A DNA stretch of 32,000 nucleotides from an uncultured delta proteobacterium. Its GTDB lineage: Bacteria; Myxococcota_A; Polyangia; Polyangiales; Polyangiaceae. The notes under the pieces are model-generated. The model saw only the letters and a list, made by a program, of their open reading frames with translations. It had not been told where the DNA came from and did no database searches. Positions within the stretch are counted from its first letter, which is position 1, and every line of letters begins with the position of its first letter. The stretch is from NCBI GenBank assembly GCA_963811985.1, contig CAWEUH010000037.1, forward strand, positions 46,686 through 78,685, in the 5' to 3' direction. This document shows, in pieces, positions 17,030 to 24,814 of the stretch. A program made the position numbers and the translations under genes.

Positions 17030-18085
17030 TTGCGAACAGACCGACTCGACTACGTTCTGCCGGACGCCCGTATTGCCAGATATCCAACTGCAGATCGCGA
17101 CGGCGCGCGCATGCTGATAGTTGGTGAACGAGATTTTATTGACTCCCGTATCTCCAACTGGTCACGGCTAATGCCCGACAGTGCTCTAGTTGTACTCAAC
17201 GATACTCGCGTATTCAAAGCGAGACTTCTAGGCCATCGACGTTCGACCGGTGGACGTGTTGAGTTATTGTTGCTGTCCGAATTGGATTCTCGATCACCAA
17301 ACCCAAAGCGCCGTACCTGGACGGTACTTGGGCGATCGAACCGGCCACTATTGCCAGGCGCGGTGATTGAGTTTCAATCTTTGTCGGCGCGCATTCTGGA
17401 TCGACTGCAAGCGGGTGAACTTCTGGCTGAGCTCGAATCCGACGAGGCCATCGAGACGGTCATTGATCGAATCGGACACGTGCCGATCCCTCCCTACTTG
17501 GGCAGAGATGATGAGCCCGGCGATGTGGAACGATACCAAACGCTGTACGCGCGCAAGGTCGGTTCGGTTGCGGCCCCCACTGCGGGCCTGCACCTTAGCC
17601 AAGCATTGCTGAGCGAAGTGGCACAGCGAGGAATCTCCATGGCGTTCGTTACGTTGCATGTTGGCGTCGGGACGTTTAGGCCGGTCAGCGTCAACGACCT
17701 GGATGCCCACGACATGCATTCGGAGCAATTCGAGGTCGGCGATGGCCTTGCGACGGCTGTTGACGCCGCACGTGCGCGCGGCGCGCCGGTTATCGCCGTT
17801 GGAACGACGGTCGTGCGCGCACTGGAAAGCGCTGCTGACTCAACACGGAACGGCCGCATTTGCGCCCAGACTGGATCGACCAACCTTCTGATTCAACCTG
17901 GCTATTCATTCAAAGTCGTGGACGGCTTGCTAACGAATTTCCATATGCCAAGGAGCACTCTGCTTGCTCTGGTAAGCGCCTTCGCTGGCCTTGAGCGAAT
18001 CCTTCAGGCCTATCAAGTGGCCTTGGAGCGCAACTATCGGTTTCTTTCGTACGGAGACGCAATGTGGATTCCTCGCAGAGCCTAG
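17030..18085 (+). CDS. queA: S-adenosylmethionine:tRNA ribosyltransferase-isomerase
   Basis: The product has a TTG start and an N-terminus LDYVLPDARIARYP. It also has HVPIPPYL, ERYQTLYA, AAPTAGLH and TNFHMPRSTLL. It is 351 aa. Confidence 0.92.
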   Translation: MRTDRLDYVLPDARIARYPTADRDGARMLIVGERDFIDSRISNWSRLMPDSALVVLNDTRVFKARLLGHRRSTGGRVELLLLSELDSRSPNPKRRTWTVLGRSNRPLLPGAVIEFQSLSARILDRLQAGELLAELESDEAIETVIDRIGHVPIPPYLGRDDEPGDVERYQTLYARKVGSVAAPTAGLHLSQALLSEVAQRGISMAFVTLHVGVGTFRPVSVNDLDAHDMHSEQFEVGDGLATAVDAARARGAPVIAVGTTVVRALESAADSTRNGRICAQTGSTNLLIQPGYSFKVVDGLLTNFHMPRSTLLALVSAFAGLERILQAYQVALERNYRFLSYGDAMWIPRRA

Positions 18086-19209
18086 CCAGACGAAGCGCGC
18101 GTTGGGCGTTCAAGGTCTTGACTCAATCCGGTCGGGCGCGCCTCGCTAGCCTTGAAACGCAGCACGGCACGCTCGAAACACCCTTGTTCATGCCGGTCGG
18201 AACGCAGGCAACGGTCAAGGCGATGACACCCGACGAAGTTGCGAATACCGGCGCTCGAATGATCATTATGAACACGTACCACTTGTGGCTACGTCCGGGA
18301 CCTGAGGTAGTGCAAAGTCAAGGCGGGCTCCATGGCTTTTCGAGGTGGCCGCATGCGATCGCAACAGACTCCGGCGGTTTTCAAGCCTATTCGCTGTCGA
18401 AACTTGGCAAGATCAGCGAAGAAGGCGTGACCTTTCGATCGCACTTGGACGGATCCAGGCACATCCTGACGCCTGAGGAATCAATGCGAATACAGGGGCT
18501 GCTAGGCTCTGACATTGCCATGCAACTGGATGTTTGCGTTGACTCACAGGCGACTCCCGAGATGCTGGTTTCCGCGGTGCAGAGGACCACTCGTTGGGCG
18601 CAACGCTGCCTTGCAGCTAGAAACCCAGGTCAAGCATTGTTTGGGATTATCCAGGGCGGTACGCTTGCGGACCTGCGTGGACGCCACGCACTAGAACTGG
18701 CAGCAATGCCATTCGATGGACTTGCGTTAGGTGGCTTTAGCGTGGGCGAACCCGCCAAGGTCCGGAAGGAATTGCTGGATCAGATGATGCCGTACGTCGA
18801 TGCGTCGCGGCCACGATATCTGATGGGAGTGGGAACGCCAACGGATCTGGTACGAGCGATTGCCAACGGCATTGACCTGTTTGACTGTGTCCTGCCGACA
18901 CGAAACGCACGCAACGGACAGGCTTTCACCAATTCAGGCCGGCTGGTTATTAAGCAATCCTGCTTCAAGGACGATCCACGACCCCTGGAGGAGGACTGTC
19001 AGTGCACTACCTGCACTGCTAGATTCAGTCGTGCCTACTTGCGGCATCTGTTCATCTCGCGCGAGATCCTTTCGCACCGTTTGCTAACAATGCACAACCT
19101 GCACTTCTACGGTTGGCTGATGAAATCGGCGCGTGAGGCGATCGCCGATGGAAGTTTTGACGACTGGGCGTCAGAAAAGCTTCTCCAATGGCAACCACGG
19201 AATTTGTAG
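18064..19209 (+). CDS. tgt: tRNA-guanine transglycosylase (queuine tRNA-ribosyltransferase)
   Basis: The product has ETPLFMPVGTQATVK, TDSGGFQ, GIIQGG, LMGVGTP and the zinc site CQCTTC...H. GTG 18064 overlaps the queA 3' end by 22 nt. Confidence 0.92.
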   Translation: MDSSQSLARRSARWAFKVLTQSGRARLASLETQHGTLETPLFMPVGTQATVKAMTPDEVANTGARMIIMNTYHLWLRPGPEVVQSQGGLHGFSRWPHAIATDSGGFQAYSLSKLGKISEEGVTFRSHLDGSRHILTPEESMRIQGLLGSDIAMQLDVCVDSQATPEMLVSAVQRTTRWAQRCLAARNPGQALFGIIQGGTLADLRGRHALELAAMPFDGLALGGFSVGEPAKVRKELLDQMMPYVDASRPRYLMGVGTPTDLVRAIANGIDLFDCVLPTRNARNGQAFTNSGRLVIKQSCFKDDPRPLEEDCQCTTCTARFSRAYLRHLFISREILSHRLLTMHNLHFYGWLMKSAREAIADGSFDDWASEKLLQWQPRNL

Positions 19210-19248
19210 CGCGCCCTGGGCCGTTCGTGGAATAATCACTCCCCCCGG

Positions 19249-20772
19249 ATGACTCACGAAAAGAAGCCGATCGGTCGAATCCTGCTGGAGCAGCGTTCCG
19301 TTTCTGCGCAAGATCTCGATCGGGCGTTGGCGGACAAGACGGCGGGCGGTCGTCTCGCAACGCGGCTTGCGCAGAAGGGCGTCATTGACGACGTTGACGC
19401 GCTCAAAGCGCTCAGCGAGCAATACGGAATTCCAGGCATCGATTTGACGCAGATCTGTCTCAGGATCGAAGATCTCGAACTCTTACCCAAAGAGATCGCG
19501 GAAAAGCACCTCATTTTGCCGGTCTTGGTTCGGGATGAGCGTCTATTCGTTGCGATGGGCAACCCCACAGAAACGAAAGTCATCGAGGAGTTAGAGTTTG
19601 TTACTGGCAAGAAAGTCTTTGCCTATGTGGCACTGGAAGGTGTCATCACCAAGGTGATCCAGTCCGCGTATGCCAAGAAGTCGCGCGGTGAAGAGTTCTA
19701 CATTGGTCCGCGCTGCCCGGCAGAAACGCTCGCCCGGTTTGGACTCAATGCAACGGGAGTGCGCGAAACTGAAGCGGCTTCAACGTCGAATGAATCCAAG
19801 CGCGAAGACTACGTTTCAGTCCCTCCAGAATTTCTGATGGATGAGTCACAGCCGAGCGAACCGAAAGTCCTAGTTGTCAACGACGTCGTTCGTCGGAGTT
19901 CGCAGCAGGACATTGCGGTTGAGGAATTCGGCAACTTGTCGCGGGAGGTGAGCGTCGTGACGGAGCTGCCCCTGGCGGAGAATCCAACAGCTCAGAATCC
20001 GGCGGCACCGTTGGTGCTGGTCGTGGATGACGATGCCGACATTCGGAAAATGGTGGTTCGCTTGCTTGTTACTCGGGGGCTCAACGTCATTGAGGCCGAT
20101 CGGGGCAACTTGGCGCTTCGGCTACTTAAGGAACATAATCCTCGTCTGATAGTCTTGGATGCAATGCTGCCAGAGGTGCACGGGTTCGATATTGCTCGCC
20201 GAATCAAGCACAGTGAACGGTTTGCACGTACCCCCATCATCATGATCAGCGCTGTCTATCGAGGCTGGCGTTTTGCCGAGGATCTCAAGCATGGCTGCGG
20301 CGTGGAGTTCTTTATCGAGAAGCCATTTCGAATTGAAGAATTACTGCGGGCAGTCGATTCGGCGCTGGCCGGAATCCAGGAATCGGGTGTCAATCCGGAA
20401 GAGCAGGATGTTTCAAGTGAGGCCGAAGCTGAGCTGTCCAAGGGGATCGAAGCCTATAAAGCCGGTCGTCTGGACGATGCAATCGCTCATTTGAAACAGG
20501 GAACCAGTATCGACCCATTGGCCTACCGGTTACATTTTCATTTGGGCCTTCTCCATGGGAAGAAAGGGCAAGTGTATGAAGCGATTGGAGCGCTTGAACG
20601 AGCCATGGAGTTGAACTCAAAACACTTTGCTGCCGCAAAGAATCTAGCAATCCTCTACCAGAAAGCCGGCTTCCGTCACAAAGCGTCCGAGACATGGGAG
20701 CGAGCCCTCGGGCTTGCTCCCGATGATGAGACCCGGCAAAGCATCAAGGAGCACTTACTGAACCTGTTGTGA
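19249..20772 (+). CDS. Three-domain signalling protein: T2SSE_N/MshEN-like domain + response-regulator receiver + TPR repeats
   Basis: The N-terminus is IGRILLEQRSVSAQDLDRAL...RLATRLAQKGVIDDVDALKALSEQYGIPGIDL and is GspE/PilB N-domain-like. The REC domain (LVLVVDDD...IVLDAMLP...MISAV...IEKPF) has all catalytic residues. The C-terminal TPRs include LGLLHGKKGQVYEAIGALERAMELN. Confidence 0.8.
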   Translation: MTHEKKPIGRILLEQRSVSAQDLDRALADKTAGGRLATRLAQKGVIDDVDALKALSEQYGIPGIDLTQICLRIEDLELLPKEIAEKHLILPVLVRDERLFVAMGNPTETKVIEELEFVTGKKVFAYVALEGVITKVIQSAYAKKSRGEEFYIGPRCPAETLARFGLNATGVRETEAASTSNESKREDYVSVPPEFLMDESQPSEPKVLVVNDVVRRSSQQDIAVEEFGNLSREVSVVTELPLAENPTAQNPAAPLVLVVDDDADIRKMVVRLLVTRGLNVIEADRGNLALRLLKEHNPRLIVLDAMLPEVHGFDIARRIKHSERFARTPIIMISAVYRGWRFAEDLKHGCGVEFFIEKPFRIEELLRAVDSALAGIQESGVNPEEQDVSSEAEAELSKGIEAYKAGRLDDAIAHLKQGTSIDPLAYRLHFHLGLLHGKKGQVYEAIGALERAMELNSKHFAAAKNLAILYQKAGFRHKASETWERALGLAPDDETRQSIKEHLLNLL

Positions 20773-20835
20773 ATGTCGCTAGGGTTTGCGAGGATGCACA
20801 GGCTCTAGAGTTCATCGGACCGTGGTTGCGCCGGC

Positions 20836-22722
20836 ATGAAGTTTCTTTGTCCTAGTTGCAAAGCCAAGTACCAAATCGCCGACGAGAAAGTCATCGGTCG
20901 ATCGGTAAAAATGAAATGCCGCCAGTGCGGACATATCATCGAGATTCAAGAGTCCGTGGTGGGAGCTTCGAGCGGAGTAAGTCAGGCGCCGATCCCACTC
21001 ACTTCAATCCCCGCACCTGCGTCCCTGCCGCCCAAACCAATTGCCGACAAGGGGTTTGAGCGTCAACAGCCATCGCTCGGTGCCGGCCCGGCTTCAAAAG
21101 CCCCCGTAAAACCCGCTCGACCGATGGGAGGATACGCCGAGGCTTTGGGCACAAAGATCACGGGGACAGCAGCGCCCAATCGCAATCTTCGTCCCGTTGG
21201 AACAACCGATGGTCGCATCGAGACATCCGCAGGATCAGGTGCCGCACCGCGCTCACACACGCCAACGCCCGGCCTTATCTCACCCCCGGCGCCAGGAGTT
21301 TCCCCGAGTGCTGGCCGTGGGCCAGTCGGTGACCGCACCTCACCCCGTCCAGGCGCTGGCCGAACGGCGCAGGGAGTCAGTTCAGCGCTCGCTCCAGCAA
21401 GGTCACCCGTGAGGAATCTGGGCACGCCGCGACACACCGCAACGGATAATCATCCGGATACACAGCATGGCATTGGGCAGGCGGCCGCCGAACGAGTGCC
21501 CCCTGCGCATGTCGCCACGAAGTCGGAACCGACGGCGGCTGTAACGACTGTTCCCCGTCGCACCGGTGAGGCGCTTGCCGAGGCATTCACGGCAGCTGTT
21601 GGTGTTGATCGCCATCCATCGCCCGATCAATTCGTTGGCGATGAGTGGTATGTCGGTATCAACGACACGCCTGTTGGTCCAATACCATTGAGCGAACTCC
21701 GTTCTCGAGCTGCTCAGGGCCAAGTGACAATTGAATCCCTTGTTTGGAGAGACGGGTTTGAGGACTGGAAACCCGTTCGCAGTTTTCCGGAGCTGTTAGC
21801 TGTCATCGAGGAAGCCATCTCCAGCGTTCAGGCAAGCCGGGTCCCGGTGGTTCCCGCTGTTGCGCCAATCGATTTCGGCCCGCCAATTTCGCTTTCGGCT
21901 GTGCAGGACCGCCAGCCTTCGGCGGCGTCTGCGCTTGAGGCGGTAGCCCAGTCTCCTGCGCCGCAAGCTAGCGCGCCGTTGTTCGTTCAGGTCGCTGCGC
22001 CCGCGCTGACGCCAGATGAAATCGCCGCCGCTACAGGTCGAGGCGTCCACCGCGGTCCGAAAGGGGCGTGGATCGCCATAGGCGGAGCGCTTGCACTGGG
22101 CCTTTCGATTGGTTTTGTATTCAATCGACAGGCGCCAGCAACCACCGAGATCAAATATGTGCCGGTGGCTCATTCAGGTTCTGCGGCGGCCGTTTCCGTT
22201 TCGAGTTCTCCAGCGGCGTCGCAGGACACTTTGGTTGTCGCAAGCGCCGAGGAAATACACGCGAATGTCAAGCGTGCAGCCAGCAGCGATTCGAGACCGA
22301 GTGCGGATGGCAATGGATCTCCATCTGCTTCGGCGGGGCTGAAGGGCCTTTCCGGACTTCGCGCTCTAGGACCACAGAGTGGGCCCACGGAGAGTGGGTC
22401 CACAGGGGGGCCGTCGGCGGGCCAAGCGTTGGACTCCGCTACGCTCCAAAAGACAGTCAGTCGCTATACGGCAAGTGTGCGCCGAAGTTGTTGGCAACCC
22501 GCGCTGGATTCTCGAGCGCCGGATGCACCGACGGTTGCCAGAGTCGCAGTCAAGATTGACATTGCCGCGGGCGGTAATGTGAGCGCGGTTTCAAGCAATG
22601 GCGACCCGCGTGGCTACCGTGGACTTGCCAGTTGTATTGAGGGCCGCGTGAGGAATTGGTCATTCCCGCCTTCTTCGGGTGCCACGACGGTGAATGTTCC
22701 GTTTGTTTTTGCGGCTCAGTAA
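20836..22722 (+). CDS. MJ0042-type zinc-ribbon + GYF domain + TM + AgmX/PglI-type C-terminal domain protein (AgmX/GltJ-like architecture)
   Basis: The N-terminal zinc ribbon is MKFLCPSCKAKYQI...KCRQCGHIIEI. The GYF_2 domain is EWYVGINDTPVGPIPLSELRSRAAQGQVTIESLVWRDGFEDWKPV. The TM helix is AWIAIGGALALGLSIGFVF. The C-terminus is TLQKTVSRYTASVRRSCW...CIEGRVRNWSFPP. Confidence 0.8.
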   Translation: MKFLCPSCKAKYQIADEKVIGRSVKMKCRQCGHIIEIQESVVGASSGVSQAPIPLTSIPAPASLPPKPIADKGFERQQPSLGAGPASKAPVKPARPMGGYAEALGTKITGTAAPNRNLRPVGTTDGRIETSAGSGAAPRSHTPTPGLISPPAPGVSPSAGRGPVGDRTSPRPGAGRTAQGVSSALAPARSPVRNLGTPRHTATDNHPDTQHGIGQAAAERVPPAHVATKSEPTAAVTTVPRRTGEALAEAFTAAVGVDRHPSPDQFVGDEWYVGINDTPVGPIPLSELRSRAAQGQVTIESLVWRDGFEDWKPVRSFPELLAVIEEAISSVQASRVPVVPAVAPIDFGPPISLSAVQDRQPSAASALEAVAQSPAPQASAPLFVQVAAPALTPDEIAAATGRGVHRGPKGAWIAIGGALALGLSIGFVFNRQAPATTEIKYVPVAHSGSAAAVSVSSSPAASQDTLVVASAEEIHANVKRAASSDSRPSADGNGSPSASAGLKGLSGLRALGPQSGPTESGSTGGPSAGQALDSATLQKTVSRYTASVRRSCWQPALDSRAPDAPTVARVAVKIDIAAGGNVSAVSSNGDPRGYRGLASCIEGRVRNWSFPPSSGATTVNVPFVFAAQ

Positions 22723-22737
22723 AGTGCAAGTAGATAG

Positions 22738-22765
22738 CCGCCGCTTCGAATGATCGAAGCGGCGG
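22738..22765. terminator. GC-rich hairpin (12-bp stem, 4-nt loop) between the convergent GltJ-like gene and rnpB
   Basis: CCGCCGCTTCGA (22738-22749) and TCGAAGCGGCGG (22754-22765) are exact complements. The hairpin lies 16 nt after the + strand stop and directly after the rnpB 3' end. Only the minus-strand side is followed by a modestly T-rich stretch. Confidence 0.6.
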
Positions 22766-23145
22766 GTCGGCGGTGAATCATAAGCCGGGTTCTGTTTGTG
22801 CGGTGCAATCACTCGCCTCGCACCTGGCGATCATTCCTCTGGAATCCACGTTGCCGAGGATTTCTAGCAGCCTACCCCGGGACACGGACGGGCCATCCTT
22901 GAGCGTCCCTATACGCGGCCTTGCTCCGGACGGGGTCTGCCCTGCCACCTTCGTTACCGAAGGCGCGGTGGGCTCTTACCCCACCGTTTCACCCTTTCCT
23001 TTCCACTTTGCTTTGGTCAGGTGGTCTATTCTCTGTGGCACTTTCCTTGAAGTTGCCTCCACCGGGTATTACCCGGCGTCCTGCCCTGCGGAGCCCGGAC
23101 TTTCCTCCAAACCAACGGTTCAGCGACCGCCTGCTTTACCGCCAA
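22766..23145 (-). ncRNA. rnpB: RNase P RNA, bacterial type A
   Basis: The minus strand reads GGAGGAAAGTCCGGGCTCC (P4 5' strand, reverse complement of 23091-23109). It also reads GGGTGAAACGGTGGGGTAAGAGCCCACCGCG and ACAGAACCCGGCTTAT (reverse complement of 22780-22795). It is colinear with E. coli M1 RNA. The proposed P1 pairs GGCGG (23143-23139) with CCGCC (22773-22769). The ends are good to about 5 nt. Confidence 0.95.
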
Positions 23146-23164
23146 CACGACAACCATGACACAG

Positions 23165-24049
23165 CTAGGCGGCCGATTCCAGCGAAAGCCCTTCCAGAGT
23201 CGTGCTCCCAGAAAGTTCGAATATCTTTTGCTTAAGCTTCCGCTTGGCACGGGCCTCCAACTGTCGGGCTCGTTCCCGCGACACGCCAAGCCGGCGGCCG
23301 ATTTCCGCAAGGGATACTTCCTCTTCGGCATCCGCCATGAGCCTGTTTTCCACAATGTAGCGCTCTCGCTTGTCCAAGATCGCCAGTGCGGTGTGCACAA
23401 CATCATGAACGCGATGATTGCCCTGAGAAGTGGAATACGCCTCTTCTTGATCTGAATCGGACGACGACAAAGTATCGACCAGACTCGTGACGGCATCGTC
23501 GAAGACCTTGGCGTCCAGCGACACGTCGCGAGCCTCAAGTCTTCTGACCATCGACACAATCTGAGCTCGCGAAACGTTGAATCGTTCCGCGAGCATTTCA
23601 TCAGCACGCTCACCCTCACCGACCAAGTTGGTAATACGTACTCTCTCGCGGCGCAGTTTAAAGAACATCTTTGAGCGCAATGCCCCCGATCCTACGCCTA
23701 CCAGGCTCCAAGAGCGGATGATGTAGTTCAGAATATACGCTCGAATCCAATACGCCGCGTAGGTAACGAATCGATTTCCCCGATCAGGTTCGAACTTCGA
23801 AAGCGCGTGAACGATGCCGAAGTTGCCTTCCGCGATTAGTTCAGATAAGGGCAATCCGTAGCGTCGATACTTCAATGCGATGGCCACGACGTATCTGAGA
23901 TGACAACGCACTAACTCGTCGCGTGCCCGCGTGTCCGAATGAGATTGCCATCGAGTGCACAGCGTCATCTCATCCTCACGGGACAGCTTCGGCAGTCTTT
24001 GAACCATTGTCATGTACCGAGACAATGCGGGATCGAATTCGTTTGCCAT
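23165..24049 (-). CDS. rpoH: RNA polymerase sigma factor, RpoH (sigma-32)-like group
   Basis: The product is colinear with E. coli RpoH. Region 2 is HLRYVVAIALKYRRYGLPLSELIAEGNFGIVHALSKF. An RpoH-box-like LRSKMFFKLRRE is present. Region 4 is SLAEIGRRLGVSRERARQLEARAKRKL. ATG 24049 is preceded by AAGGG. Myxobacteria carry several RpoH-like paralogues, so the symbol is tentative. Confidence 0.8.
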   Translation of the reverse strand: MANEFDPALSRYMTMVQRLPKLSREDEMTLCTRWQSHSDTRARDELVRCHLRYVVAIALKYRRYGLPLSELIAEGNFGIVHALSKFEPDRGNRFVTYAAYWIRAYILNYIIRSWSLVGVGSGALRSKMFFKLRRERVRITNLVGEGERADEMLAERFNVSRAQIVSMVRRLEARDVSLDAKVFDDAVTSLVDTLSSSDSDQEEAYSTSQGNHRVHDVVHTALAILDKRERYIVENRLMADAEEEVSLAEIGRRLGVSRERARQLEARAKRKLKQKIFELSGSTTLEGLSLESAA

Positions 24050-24341
24050 GTCGCCCTTAGTCTTTCCCAAAACGCGAATATGCGCAATTCCTGCGCCAGC
24101 GCAATAGAAATCTGCTCCAACCACAATATCCAGATTCTTTTGGAGTTTGTCCGGGTTCGCAGGTCACTCTGAACATTCCTCGGTGCATACGCACGAAAGG
24201 TCTGCGCGGTTTCGCGACCACACAACTGCATAGCCTCAGCGAGTCAAACTAGAACGAATGGCAGGCCGCCCAACGGGAGGTACTAACAACGCAGGGCGCA
24301 CGAAGATCCGTGTCCAACCCACCCCTGTGAGCCCGGCTCAC

Positions 24342-24662
24342 TCAGTGGAACGAGGAACCGCAGCCACAGGTCCCTGACACATTGGGATTTCCGAACTTAA
24401 AGCCAGCGCCATGCGCCGTTTCCACATAGTCGATTTCCGTACCGTCAAGGTACTGAAGGCTCAGCGGATCCACGTACAACGGAATGCCGTGGGACTCAAA
24501 GCGTTCATCCAAATCCGTCGGTATGTCTTCGAAATACAGATCGTATTGAAAACCAGCGCAACCGCCTCCGATCACGCGTAATCGCAACCCGTGCCCGGTG
24601 AGGCCCTCGACTTCAGAGATCTCTTTGACCTTATCTGCGGCTCCGGACGTCAGTGAAATCAT
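24342..24662 (-). CDS. erpA: Iron-sulfur cluster insertion/carrier protein, HesB/IscA/ErpA family
   Basis: The 106-aa product has LRLRVIGGGCAGFQY and a C-terminal GTCGCGSSF cysteine motif. Confidence 0.85.
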   Translation of the reverse strand: MISLTSGAADKVKEISEVEGLTGHGLRLRVIGGGCAGFQYDLYFEDIPTDLDERFESHGIPLYVDPLSLQYLDGTEIDYVETAHGAGFKFGNPNVSGTCGCGSSFH

Positions 24663-24775
24663 CGATTAGTTGCTCCTTCGAACGTGCCGACTTCTCCGTT
24701 AGGCTACTAGTGCTTGGGCAATATAGACCCGGCTAACTGAGCTGCCAACCGTCGGCTAACCTACCTTCGCGAAAC

Positions 24776-24795
24776 AAAGGCGCAATTCTGCCTTT
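24776..24795 (-). terminator. Weak candidate terminator hairpin downstream of the zinc-ribbon membrane protein gene
   Basis: AAAGGC (24776-24781) pairs with GCCTTT (24790-24795) around an 8-nt loop. GTTTCG follows on the minus strand. The stem is short, so confidence is low. Confidence 0.3.
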
Positions 24796-24814
24796 CGGGG
24801 GCTTGGGAACGCGA

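Noticed and set aside
22773-23619. ORFs 22773..23159(+), 22921..23235(+) and 23026..23619(-)
   Set aside because: They overlap the RNase P RNA gene and/or the 3' end of the sigma factor gene. The RNA identification is far stronger.
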